Shown: in pieces, positions 1-11,664 of the stretch
How the letters are laid out: each line of letters starts with the position of its first letter
Position numbering within the stretch: the first letter of the stretch is position 1
Source of the DNA: Vermamoeba vermiformis
Taxonomy: Eukaryota
Assembly (NCBI GenBank): GCA_045837725.1
Contig: JBEWZL010000282.1
Coordinates: forward strand, 434,001-498,000
DNA length: 64,000 nucleotides
Reading direction: 5' to 3'
Translations under genes and position numbers: made by a program
The notes under the pieces: model-generated
Database searches by the model: none
What the model was told of the DNA's origin: nothing
What the model saw: only the letters and a program-made list of their open reading frames with translations

Positions 1-757
1 ACAGCCTTCAGACAACTTGACAGCATATTCGCGTGGATCTACGCCACTATCAGCCCAGCCACCGACACCTGCGATGATAATTTGTTAATGGGCTGAACTC
101 GAATGAGTTTCAACGTGAAGTTCACGCGCTTTTTTGCATCCGATCGTATCCCAGATGCATAATTAATAGGGACATTGCCACAAAATGATAGCACGTACCA
201 TCGAATACACCGAGCACTGTCTTGTCTTTTGAGATAAAACACGCGTCTTCGCCGCCTTTGTGCGCTTTTTGCGGATGAGGAATTTGGAACTCAGCCGCTT
301 GCACAAATCCAGCACTTCCATGTTCAGTAGCTGATGTTTCACTCAATTCAACTCCAGTGCTTGGATCTTTTGGGGAATCTGCCAAGATAGAAATATTAAT
401 TAGTAATTCAAATTTGCTGCCCTCCGGTGATCAAAAATATTATTGGTAGTAAAATTTTTGTAACGGTTGGAATTTTGGATTAAACAGTGCAAAATTATTC
501 TGTGGATCAAGAGAAAAATATTAATTATTCGTCTTACTAGAATAATTTTGCCAAGCTAACCAAGCGAAGGCAACTGAGGTGGTCACGGCAATGCGATTTT
601 TAAAAATATTATTGCGTTGCATGACAGGAGTTTGCTTGATCCCACTAAATAAACCAGATTTCTTTGGTGAACTTCCAAAGGTTCGCTTGCTTGCTGCTTT
701 AGTGAAGAAGATGGTTCTATTTACGACTTGAGTATTCTTAATAAAGCTTCGCAACAT
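1..757 (-). CDS. PPTC7: PP2C-family protein phosphatase PTC7/PPTC7 homolog, multi-exon, truncated by the window edge; probable mitochondrial presequence
   Basis: Motif 'IPHPQKAHKGGEDACF...LGVFDG' matches the PTC7 N-terminal signature. The basic, Ser/Thr-rich N-terminus (MLRSFIKNTQ...) resembles a transit peptide. GT-AG introns are present. Confidence 0.8.
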
Positions 758-894
758 TGCTCTTTGTTGTGTTGCTCTATGAAGTCACTTGCAACACGAA
801 AAACAATTTTTTGCGATCTAATTTTAACGGCCTTGAGTCGATCTCCAGGAATCCATATTCAAGTTCTTGACTATATACAATATCTATACATTGT

Positions 895-1677
895 TTACAT
901 GACAATACATCGTCTGCGTTTTGAAGACTGTGGCGGATCCATTACATCAACCATCTGCCTTACTAGAGTCATATACGCTTCATTAGTCTCATTTTTATCC
1001 CTCGTAGATCCTTCAATGAAAGGAATGCCAAATTGTTTGGCTAGTTCTTCGGCTTGTTGTACCGTTACTTTACGTTCATCAACAAGATCGGATTTGGTTC
1101 CCCAAAGTACGAAACAAGCCTTTGTCACCTCCTTGCCTTCTTCAACAGCCTTTTTTCGAACTTTGTTAATCTCTTGTAGCTTCTCTTCTGCTGCTGTAAA
1201 GCTTTCTGGATCTGTGGTCGAGTACAAGACTAGAAAACCATGTGATTTTGTATAGATTATATTCGTCATTGCCTCAAATTCACTCTACACATTGAATCAG
1301 TTTAACCTATGGTACACTACGGATTTAGCTGAGCTCAGCACTCACTTTGCCTACATCCGCAACGTCGCAAAAATACTGCTTCTTTCCAATATTTACCAGA
1401 TTTCGAGGGCCTTCTGAAATCGTGCATTCATACTGCAAGCGGTTAATCTTCATTTGATAATTTAAAAAATTTAAATAGACTTACTTTTTCAATCACCACA
1501 TTGTTTATCCACATGACCTGGAAAATTTGACCATTAATTTGCTAAATATTTACCTTCATATAAAGTTAACTTCTAGAAAATTTACAACATTGAATTTTTG
1601 TTTCTCGATCCTACCCACGATGAGGTCTTTCCGACTTCTGGACCTCCAACGACAGCAATGCGGAAATTAGTCGTCAT
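895..1677 (-). CDS. Ras-superfamily small GTPase with CaaX box and divergent G-box residues
   Basis: Hand-spliced: MTTNFRIAVVGGPEVGKTS (P-loop) ... YECTISE ... CDVADVGK|SEFEAMTNII..GFLVLYS ... GTKSD ... C-terminal RRRCIVM (polybasic + CaaX). Confidence 0.85.
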
Positions 1678-1767
1678 TTGTGGTCTATACTATTAAGAGA
1701 AAGTACTAAACCCTCAAAAAGACCGTTAGTAGAATAAATATTTTATCCAAATTTAGTAATAGTACAA

Positions 1768-4436
1768 TTACAGTTCAGCTTCAATATCTTCGTTGCCGTC
1801 TGTTCTTAATAATTTCTTCAGTTCTTCGTTTTCTTTCGACAGAACATCCACACGTTCATTCAACTCTTTGACTTGCGACAAGAGTCGTTGAATCTGCTCT
1901 TCATTCGTTTCGTTAGAGTCGATCATAGACATGCCTATAGTTCCTCTCGTAGAAAACTGAGTGCCATTAGTAGTATTGGTCTTGTTGCTGCCCGAGCCAG
2001 ACATAAACTTCTTCGTGTAACTTCTGATGACGGCGTTCAATTGCGCCTCGTTCATTTGTTGCAACTCTTCCTCCGTGTATTTGAACAACAAGCTCACTTT
2101 AGGAATGAAGATAAGACCCAAGGAGACGTTGCCAACAAAAATGATCGCGCAGCACAGCACGGTGAATTTGACGACCACATCCGTGACGATGAATAGCACG
2201 GCCACAAATACTGCGGCAAAAGCGAAGTTATACACAGCGAGGGCAATGTAGCGTGCTTCGTTGTAGAGCGTCAAGCGCAATCGGCTAACGAGGACTGATA
2301 TCGCAATGCCAGCGAGAATGAGCAGGCCCTTTTAAACATCATTAGAACCGGAGAGCTAAAGCGCTATGAGACTTACGTTGTAGATCAGTAGTGCAATGCC
2401 AATGCCCATATGGAACGAGCAAAATGCATACTGCGAGACATCGCCGTCGAAGAAGACATATTCGGGAGGTTGCACCACTTGCGAGGCTATTAGCAGCACC
2501 CAATCACCAAGCAGCACTGCACCGACTCCGATAGCTACATCGCGATCAGAGTATTTGACGATTTGCAAAGACTTGTTCGCGAATAAAAGATAAATTCTTC
2601 CATTTTTGGCAAACAAGCTTCCGAAGAGCACGGCGAAACCCGACACGAGAAACCAAAGAAATACCGAGCAGCCAATGGACGTCTCCGTGATGAAGGCAAT
2701 TAGCGAACCAAAGATAAGCAGACCTCCGATGCACATGCTGATCAAGAAGGTTCCGCTGGCTGCTACGATGACCTTGGATCTAAACCTAAAAAAGTGGAAC
2801 ATTTTGGGTGGATGTCTCGGGTAATATTTTACAATGTTGGCTTACTTGACCAAGGTAACAATAAGGTAGAATACAGTAGCAGCGACGGATACACCTCCGA
2901 GCACGTACATCGCAATTGAAAGCGCGCTCGGGATCGGAACGAACTTGACTAATAAGGAAAGATTAAATTTACGATAAAAAAACTGGTGTAATATACCTGG
3001 TATGATCCAGTTCTGCCAAGTATCTTGATTCGCCTTCACCCACGAGCACGCTGCTTGCGAATAAGTCGTAGTATTGTCCAAAATATTTCTCATAATGCCC
3101 TGTTGAGCATCCGCGTCGTATCCGAATGCCTCGACTAAGAACGCAGACTCGCGCGAGTAGTCTGACAGATTCCACCACATTAGCTTGACAATGATGTCAG
3201 GCTTGTAAAGATGAGCTGAAAGTTAATTAAAGTAAATTAGTTCACAACTAAAAAAATCTGCAGCTATCTTTCTTGTCATAGATTACGTACTTCCATTGAG
3301 ATATGGGAATTTAATCTCCTCGAGATCGAAGATGAACTCGATTGGATGAGGGCTCCAGAAATGAAACAAAATAGGCAACCGATGGGTATACCGTTGAACA
3401 ACCAAATCGATCAATTCAGACTCGTTGTTCATGGCCACGATGTTCAAACTGAAGTTGAAGTAGGCAATAATGTCGTCTTCTACCGTTAGAAATACATCAT
3501 CCGCCAAGTAGAACGTGTTGTTGAAGTAAGCTGCCGCTTCGTCGCTGATGACTCCAAAAGCGACCTCGGGGAACACATCTAAGCAGTACCTGGGCACAAA
3601 CCATCCTGGCAACCAAAGATTAAAACTTGTGCTACTTCTCGTGCTAATTATTAATACGTATTCTCAAAAGTACAAAAAAGGCGCTTAAGAAATTGCAACT
3701 AAAAATAACTTCAGTTTATCGGCAGTAAATTTACGTTGCTATCTGAGACAGAGCTTCAATGCTTGTAAAAACTCGACAGCTATAATATTGCTTATCCGTA
3801 ATTAATATCATAACTGACTTCGAATCACTCCCAGATTTGTATAACTGTGTTCCGAACGGAAATTCCGAAATTTACTCGGATAATTTATAAATCGAGAAGT
3901 ATAAATTACCTCGTTGCCCGATTACCCCCAAAGGACCAGCATTGATGATGGACTTGTTCTCGAGGATAAAAGCCTTTTCATCTTCGACCGTGTCGGAAGG
4001 CCTAACGTTAAGCGTGTCAATAAATTGTTCCGCGGATTTTACATTATTTGTGGACACCTACCAGACTTCTAATGAGGCATGAGCAATACCCGCGCCTAGG
4101 AGTGGAAACTGTTCGTTTTGGTCGACTTCTACAAACTGAGTTGGCACGCCAACAACTTCTTCGAGCAAGATCTTCGCTACGTGAGTGTTGATAATCGATC
4201 CATACCAGCTGTTTTGTACTAGTACGAAAGAGGGGCGAAAGCTGTAGCCTAATCACGTCATAAGTATCGATGGAGAGTGTATACCAGATGAAAATGTCGT
4301 TACCTGCTGGCTGGGGCCAACCCAGACAATTCTCGTATTCATTGGAAATATTGGCGCGGATGAATGATGCTTGCGCTAAGAAACAGAGCAGACCCAAGGC
4401 AACAAATGCGTGCTTCAAGTTGATGAAGTTCTTCAT
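1768..4436 (-). CDS. Family C (GABA-B-like) 7TM receptor with an N-terminal OpuAC/ProX-type substrate-binding ectodomain and a C-terminal coiled coil
   Basis: Signal peptide MKNFINLKHAFVALGLLCFLAQA. Ectodomain motifs: NSWYGSIINTHVAKILLEEVVG..HASLEVW, GPLGVIGQRGWFVP, AACSWVKANQDTWQNW. 7tm_3 motifs: GFAVLFGSLFAKNGRI, YNEARYIALAVYN, IFIPK. Heptad-rich tail. Confidence 0.85.
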
Positions 4437-5225
4437 GGTGTTGTGCTCCACTCAAAACAGAAATTTTAAAATTTATCGAGTTCGCGTTTGAAAGCTGTTA
4501 ATTGCGCAAGGTGTGTTTAATTAAGCACAAGATTAAATTCAGCCGCAATTGGAATTCCAATCGCTCTATTAGATTGCAAACGTGCACTAAATGCACAAAC
4601 GTTTAAAATTATCGAGCGGGTGCTCCCTAAAGTCATAAAGTAAAGCAATCTAATATTAAATTTATATTAATAGGCGCAGCTAATATAATTTCGATGAATC
4701 GACATCTGCGTATAAAATTGTGACACTGCCGACTTACCGCAGCGGGTATACATCAAGGTATTTGTCGCTTTAACTATAATAACGTTGCCCTAACATTGTC
4801 GATAATTGAGTAGTCTTGTGATTGAGAAGTTAGCTACTGCATTAAGTGCGTTTCACTGAAAAAGGCTGGGTCTGCTCAGAAAGCGTCCTATTAGATCTGG
4901 AATTTAATCCATTAATACCGTTGCGAGCAAATAATAAGAAATGAAATATTTAATTAATACCTTGCAGGAAGAAAATGCCGGCAATTTTTAACATTAATTA
5001 ACCTAAAAATTAGCTCGAACTTCCGGCACGATTATCCCGCATATTAGGTTGCAAAATATTAAATGCATGTACTGATAATAGTGGATGAATTTTGGGCTCG
5101 GTGGATCGTGGGCTGTCCTCGTGTTCTGGTCATCAATTTCTGATTTTTATCGCAAAATATCGGAGAGCAAAACAAACGGGTCTTGCTGGTTGTTCTAAAT
5201 TAGCACCACTAGCATAGCTATCACG

Positions 5226-6891
5226 ATGGGCGATACATTACTAGACGAACAGCGCAGGATCTTAAAGCTCGGACAGGTTCTCAAAAATTTGAACCTTTCG
5301 CACTCCAGCAAGCGTCTTCTTGCTGACGAAGATACATCAGAGTTTGAAGAATTATTTTTCAGTACTCTCGAAGCCGTAAATAAGTTAAGCAAGTTCTTGT
5401 TGCTGCCAGAATGTCAGATTGACAAAGAAAATATTTTCAAAACAATCCAATTATTTTTGGAGCAGCAGCGTAAGGATCTAACGATGTATGTCATGCTATA
5501 TTTCATATGCTCACAAATTAATTTCAGAGATAACCGGAAATATTAAGGAAGATCTTGACGAGTTCACTCGTTACGTTGCTCTAGGTTCGCCAGTCTCACA
5601 TATTGCTCCCTATAAATTCTAAACCATCCTTCTATTAGATTCGGCCTTCTCTCAGCTGATGACTCTTCGTATATGCTTTTGGCAAGATCCTAATGTCAAG
5701 CGCAGCGTAAGACAGCCACCGTCCACTCATGGTATTTATCTAATATGACTTCAGCACGAGATATATTCCATTGGTCGCGTTCTTGAAATTGAAGAAAGTG
5801 AACCAATTAAGGTTCTCGAAAGTGCCACCAAGAAAGTGAGTCATAGTGTTTGTTGCTATTTAAGGACACATCAATTAATCAGTGTATTTTTTAGATCAAC
5901 GAGATGAAATCTTCATTGCCTGCACACTGCATTGAACCTATTCTCGGCACACCGATTTCAACTGATCGCCACGTAAGTCATGCATGTCGTCGTAAGAGCC
6001 GTCACTAAACATTAGCCTCCCAGACCAAATTCGATGAAATCAACACGCAGTTCAAAGAGGAATACGCTCGTTTGAAGTTGCGTTATGTCGAGAGCTTTGA
6101 TCGCAGCTTCAAAAGCATGATGGCAGGTGTCAGCAACAAACACGAGAAGTACCTGCATGTCAAACAGGAGCGAGCGCGCATTAAAATCGAGTCTTCATTC
6201 AGTCTGTGGGACACGTACAACGCGCGATGGGACCTTGTGACTGATTTGAGCCGCTGTGCCACACGACGTCGCACTAACGCTCGTGCTAAGGGCAAACTGA
6301 ACACTGGCGACCTGACCAGCAACACTAATGTGATTGGTGCATCGGAGAACTCCGTCAAGACACACGTTGAAAACATTCAGATCGAGGTACGTACCGCAAT
6401 CATCCAATTTCTGCCGCTAATAATGACCCGCTCAGCACGTCGTGACTAAAGCGCAAAAGAAGTACGCGAAGATGCAGCAAGCAAAACAAAAGAAAAGAGA
6501 TCAGAAGAAGCGCAGAAAATTGAAGGAATTAGGACTGCTCGACACTGAAGAGGAAAAGAAAGCTGATGCTGGTGAAGACAACGAAGAGGAAGATAACGAT
6601 AATGAAAACGAAGAAGAGGGCGATGAGGAGAATAAAGAGGGTGATCAAGAGCCACAAGAGCCGAAGAAAAAGAATAGAAACAAAAGCGAGAAGCAAGAAC
6701 GACGTCTGAAAAAGAAGAACAAAAAAGACGCTAAAACAACACCTGCGCCTGCGAATAACAATAACAACGCTGCTGGTACTCCTGCAGAAGGATCTACTGC
6801 CGCACCACTGACTAAAGCGGAGAAAAAGAAACAAAAATTCGTAGTAGTTGTTGGTGATGACGGTGGCGTGGATCTTGGCGAGAAAAACTAG
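5226..6891 (+). CDS. Uncharacterised multi-exon protein with a helical region and a Lys/Glu-rich low-complexity C-terminus
   Basis: Chain of open exons bounded by GT/AG. The last exon (~6437-6891) has K-rich NLS-like and acidic tracts, followed by AATAAA at ~6908. No family recognised. Confidence 0.6.
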
Positions 6892-7073
6892 GCAACCTTG
6901 TTAATAGAATAAAGTTTATTGTCACCTAGCTGAGATGCGTTGAAACTTTATCTGCTTGGGTTGTGTTAGTGCGAGATCGCGAGGCATTTTTGTGTTCATC
7001 ACGTTACCCCGAACACAAACGAACTATCGCGGTTGAAATGCAAAATATTGGTTAATTAAGAGATAAAAACATC

Positions 7074-8501
7074 ATGAATAAGCTGTTCTGTTGTTATTTG
7101 CTGACGCCAGTAAATCCGAAATGGCTCAATCACACATATATCGGCTTTACAAATAATCCAATACGAAGACTTCGTCAGCACAATCGAGAAGTAAAAGGAG
7201 GCGCGAAGAAAACGGCGAAGAAACTGCCATGGTAATTATCAAAAATATTTAATTATTTTTTGTGCTGGATCACGCCGTCGAATCATTTGTCAAATTCAAT
7301 TTTTTACCCCATATTTTACAAGCAATTTATAGACAATAAAATCAAAAAATTCATAACCGAAGATGAGTTTAGTGATTTTCACAACCAGATCTGCATAATT
7401 TAACTCTTGTTCAATAGGAATATGGTGCTGCTCGTGCACGGGTTCACAACTAAGCGTGCAGCACTGTATTTTGAATGGGCCTGGCAACGACCAAAGCTTG
7501 CGAGGCCGATGAAAGATATCATGCCTACCATCAAACGAGCTGGTCCTCAACATTTATTAAAAGCTAAAATAAGGTATTGTTGCGTATTATTACAGCTATT
7601 TTGCAATTTTCAATGGCGATTGCAGTCGGGAGACTTGGATCCAAAAAATATAATTGCTAACCGCCTTTTTTCAGACACATGTATGAGATGCTCAATGTGC
7701 CTCCGTGGTCCAGATTTCCATTAACCGTGCGGTGGTTGTCCAATAATTACCAGGAATTGAAGCAGGTAACCGACAACATACTACGCGATCAGCCAGAAAC
7801 TAACTCCTCTTTCGTAGAATTGCCCCGCCTTGCCAGCACATATGAAAGAAGAAACAGGCTCAGCAGAAGATTTGATGAAACATTACGTGGATGCAGGACC
7901 AGAGGAAGAAGAGGTCAATGAGGCTGAGGAGGATCTTGACGACGCTGAAGTTGAGAAATTAATGAATGAACTCGAACAAGACCCTCAAGTAATTGATCTA
8001 ACCGACGAGCGTATGTGATAGTTATAATAGTGCTAGTTAGGGCTGTTTACTAACGTTGTGGCAATATCACATTAGCGACGGTAGACACGTCCATTGAAGC
8101 GATCAATCGTGACATTGCAATTGCACGTGAGAATATTTACAAGTCGATTATACAACAGTGCACTATCTGTAACCAAGAAATAGATAAGGTACCTCGGTTG
8201 TATTGACTAGATCGAGCCGTGCTAATACAACTTTTCACAGGACAAGTGTGTCACGTGTCCCACAAAGAGCTGCACATTATCAGCACATTTATGTTGCCTC
8301 TCAGCAGAACTACTTAAAAAAGAACCAACGGATCTGATCCCGACCTCTGGCAGCTGTCCTCAGTGCACCAAACCTATCACTTGGCCGGAGGTCATTGCTC
8401 GCAAACGAAAGCGCGAGCCGAAGGACAAGGAAAATAACAAAGAGAATACGGACACCCCTCCTAAGAAGACTAAGAAGGCCTATAAGAAAATCAAAAAGTA
8501 A
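7074..8501 (+). CDS. SLX1: Structure-specific endonuclease subunit SLX1 (GIY-YIG domain + C-terminal RING-like Zn finger)
   Basis: CCYLL...[33 protein letters not shown]...[10 protein letters not shown]-terminal CxxC..C..C..AHLCCL...[11 protein letters not shown]. Confidence 0.92.
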
Positions 8502-8891
8502 CTCTTCTCAGCAGGATCTGTGGCGTTCCTTGGATGGGCAAGAAAAAAAATTGCAAGTAAGCCAAATGCTGTTAAGGCTAAGGTTTACCACTAACGTGAT
8601 GATATAATATCGAGTTTTCTTACGATTACTTGCAAGATCCGATCACCAATATTAATAAACAGCTCGACGATTCTACAAATAACAATCATTACTCTAAACC
8701 AACAAATAGGCTATATCAAACATTGCAGCGGACAATATTGCCATCACTATGGATTAGACTGATGTATTATTAAAACAGAACTCAAGGAGATCTACAGAAC
8801 ATGATCCAACATAACGCGACAAAAGACCATCTCTGCTGATTTTAACAGCGTAAAAATACTTCAACTCTGAGCAAAAAATCATTTCGTCGCA

Positions 8892-11142
8892 ATGTTTTCC
8901 CAAGTCCTGAAGGTTACAACAAATCGGATCGTATCTGCTTCAAAGCACGCTTCACCCGCAGCACAAATGTCAACATATACTTTTAACAAACATATTTCCC
9001 TGTGGCAAGGTACCAAGCCCAAGAAAGAGTATCCTCCCTTGGATGGCGACAAAAAATACGATGTAGCAAGTAAGTCTCTGCTGCGGAACACTTTTCTAAG
9101 GATCCAGATTGCGTTATGTTGCTCGAGCTTTTGGCACTAATATTATTTTTTAGTTATCGGAGCCGGTATTACTGGTTTGACCGCTGCTTATCTCTTAAAG
9201 AAAGAAGGTAAGGAAATTTGGATAATTTTGCGATATCGGATCTGACACAAGTTTTTAGGTCGTAGAGTCGCGGTATTAGAACGACATAAGATCGCATCTT
9301 GCACTAGCGGTGGCACTACCGGTACGCTTACTATCCCAACTAAGCTCCCTTAAATACCGATTTCCTAATTTGGTAATGTTGTCAGCTTACGCCACCAACC
9401 TTCACGATACTAGTTATGCGGATATTGAGAAAGATTTTGGCAAGGAAGGCTCGCACTTGATGCAGGAGGTAAGACCAACCCATACTTAACGGTATTATTT
9501 TTTCGCAATAATTTATAATTACTCCGCAGGCAATGACTGAAGGCATCAATATGATTGAAAAAATCTCCAAAGACTTGAAGATTGACAGCGAGTTCAGCCG
9601 CGAGACAGTCTACTTTTACACTGAGAACGAGAAGGACATTAAAGAATTGAAACAAGAACACGAGTACGGCAGCAGAGCTGGACTCAAGTGCGAGCTCATG
9701 GACTACGCGCCATTGCCCTTCAAGACTGTCGGTGCATTAAAAGTCCCTGACAATGTAAGCGCTTGAAACGATTTTTAGGACCTGTTTCTCACGATCTGTT
9801 TTAGGCACAAATTCACGCCACTAAATATCTGTATGGCATTGCCGAGTATGTTGACGGCGATGGTTCTCGCATCTACGAAGACACGAGAGTCATGAACTAC
9901 GAGGACGGTGAGCCTTGCACGGTCATCACTCCGCAAGGCAAGATCACGTGCAACTCTGTCATCGTTGCCACGCACACTCCCATTGGCGTGCACATCTTGC
10001 ATACGGCTGTGGCGCCTTATCGCAGCTACGTCATTGCTTGCAGAATTAAAGGAGACCTGCCCAAGGGCCTGTTCTGGGACACAGGTAAAAGAATCATTGT
10101 GACACATGTAAAGCAAGTCTCACTAACAATTTCTCACAGAGGATCCCTACCACTACATCCGCACAGCACCCTCACAAATGATGTACGACTCGCAGCATCA
10201 GCACATCGAGACTGGTCCTTTATTGATTGTCGTATGTTACTCAACTTTATTCTCCTCGGATCCAGACTCACTAATACTTTTTCATAGGGCGGTTGTGATC
10301 ACAAGACTGGCCATCCTAAGGGTTAGTATTTCATATTAACAAGTGTCCTGAATTCGAGCTAACATTGTTGCAGATGAAAATCAATGTTACGAAGATCTGA
10401 TCCGCTACACCAAAGAAAGATTCAACGTCGAAGAGATCGTGTACCGATGGTCCGCGCAATTGTACGAATCGGTTGACGGCATGCCTTACATTGGTCGCTC
10501 TCACTTGAGAAAGCACATCTACTTGGCCACCGGTTTCTTTGGTGACGGTATTTCATTGGGTTCCATCTCTGCCAAGTAAGCTACCGAATAATAGCAATAC
10601 TTGAGACTACGTGCTAACAGTTAACAGGATTATGTCTGATCTTGCAATGGGCCGTGAAAATCGTTACGCTGCTTTGTTCAACCCGACTCGCTTTAAGCCC
10701 CTGGCCTCAGCTTCTGACTTCATCAAAGAGGTAATCCATATTGTTTGTTTAAAGGAGCCCTCATCTAATGATAAATGCAGAACTTGGATGTGGCCAAAGA
10801 GTTCGCTGCAGGCTGGTTGCACAGCGATCATGTGGCACTCAATGACGTCAAGCCCGGCGAGGCCAAGATCGTGCAATCAGGTCTGCACAAGATTGCTGCC
10901 TATCGCGACATTGACGGCAAGTTGCACGCGTGTTCTGCTGTCTGTCCGCACATGAAGTCGATTGTCAAGTGGAATCCCGCTGAGTGTACCTGGGACTGCC
11001 CTTCACACGGTGCCAGATTCGACAAGGACGGTCACGTGCTCGAAGGCCCTGCTGTAAGTAACGTACTATTAAGTCTCTCATATATATATTAATGGTTCTG
11101 CAGCTCTGCGACTTGGAAGACATTGTCAAACAATCATCCTAA
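8892..11142 (+). CDS. YhfW-like FAD-dependent oxidoreductase with a C-terminal Rieske [2Fe-2S] domain; probable mitochondrial presequence; many introns
   Basis: VIGAGITGLTAAYLL (GxGxxG), IASCTSGGTT, VIVATHTP, YRWSAQ..DGMPYIG, ATGFFGDG; Rieske motifs CPHM and WDCPSHG. Confidence 0.9.
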
Positions 11143-11664
11143 ACTTTCCTATCGATCGTTCCATTTCAGAGAAAATCAAAATTTTTTTGTTAATAATAAA
11201 TCTTTGCTAGTACTAAATGCCAATTGCAATTCTTGGTGGCAAGGTTTTTGACGAAAAAGAACTTGTTCTTGTTCCAAAAATTTCTGAACAGGACTACGTC
11301 ACAAGATTAGCCGATTAATCCATAAATATGCCATATATTCAGCACTGAAACAAGTTTTGTAAGTGAGTACTGGATCGATCCAAGATTAAAAAAGTTGCAA
11401 CTTGGTTTTTCTTTCTTTTTCTCAACAAATTTTGATAATATTTAATAATTACATACTAAATATGATTATACTAAATAATGATCGTACTTATAATTTTCAT
11501 TCGGATCGCAGATGCAAGCAGAAAATTCATCTCGGGTTGAAGAGAGGCAACAGCCGAACAAAGCACCTCCCAGGTAAGAGTAACCGTTAGCAGTACCATT
11601 TAATTTAAATTGCGGCAATCTTGACCTTTTTGAATGTAATTTGTATGACAAAAGCTAAAGAATA

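Noticed and set aside
728-1255. 175-aa plus-strand ORF, and similar long antisense ORFs such as 42982-43920 and 14494-15027
   Set aside because: They are antisense shadows of well-supported genes on the opposite strand.
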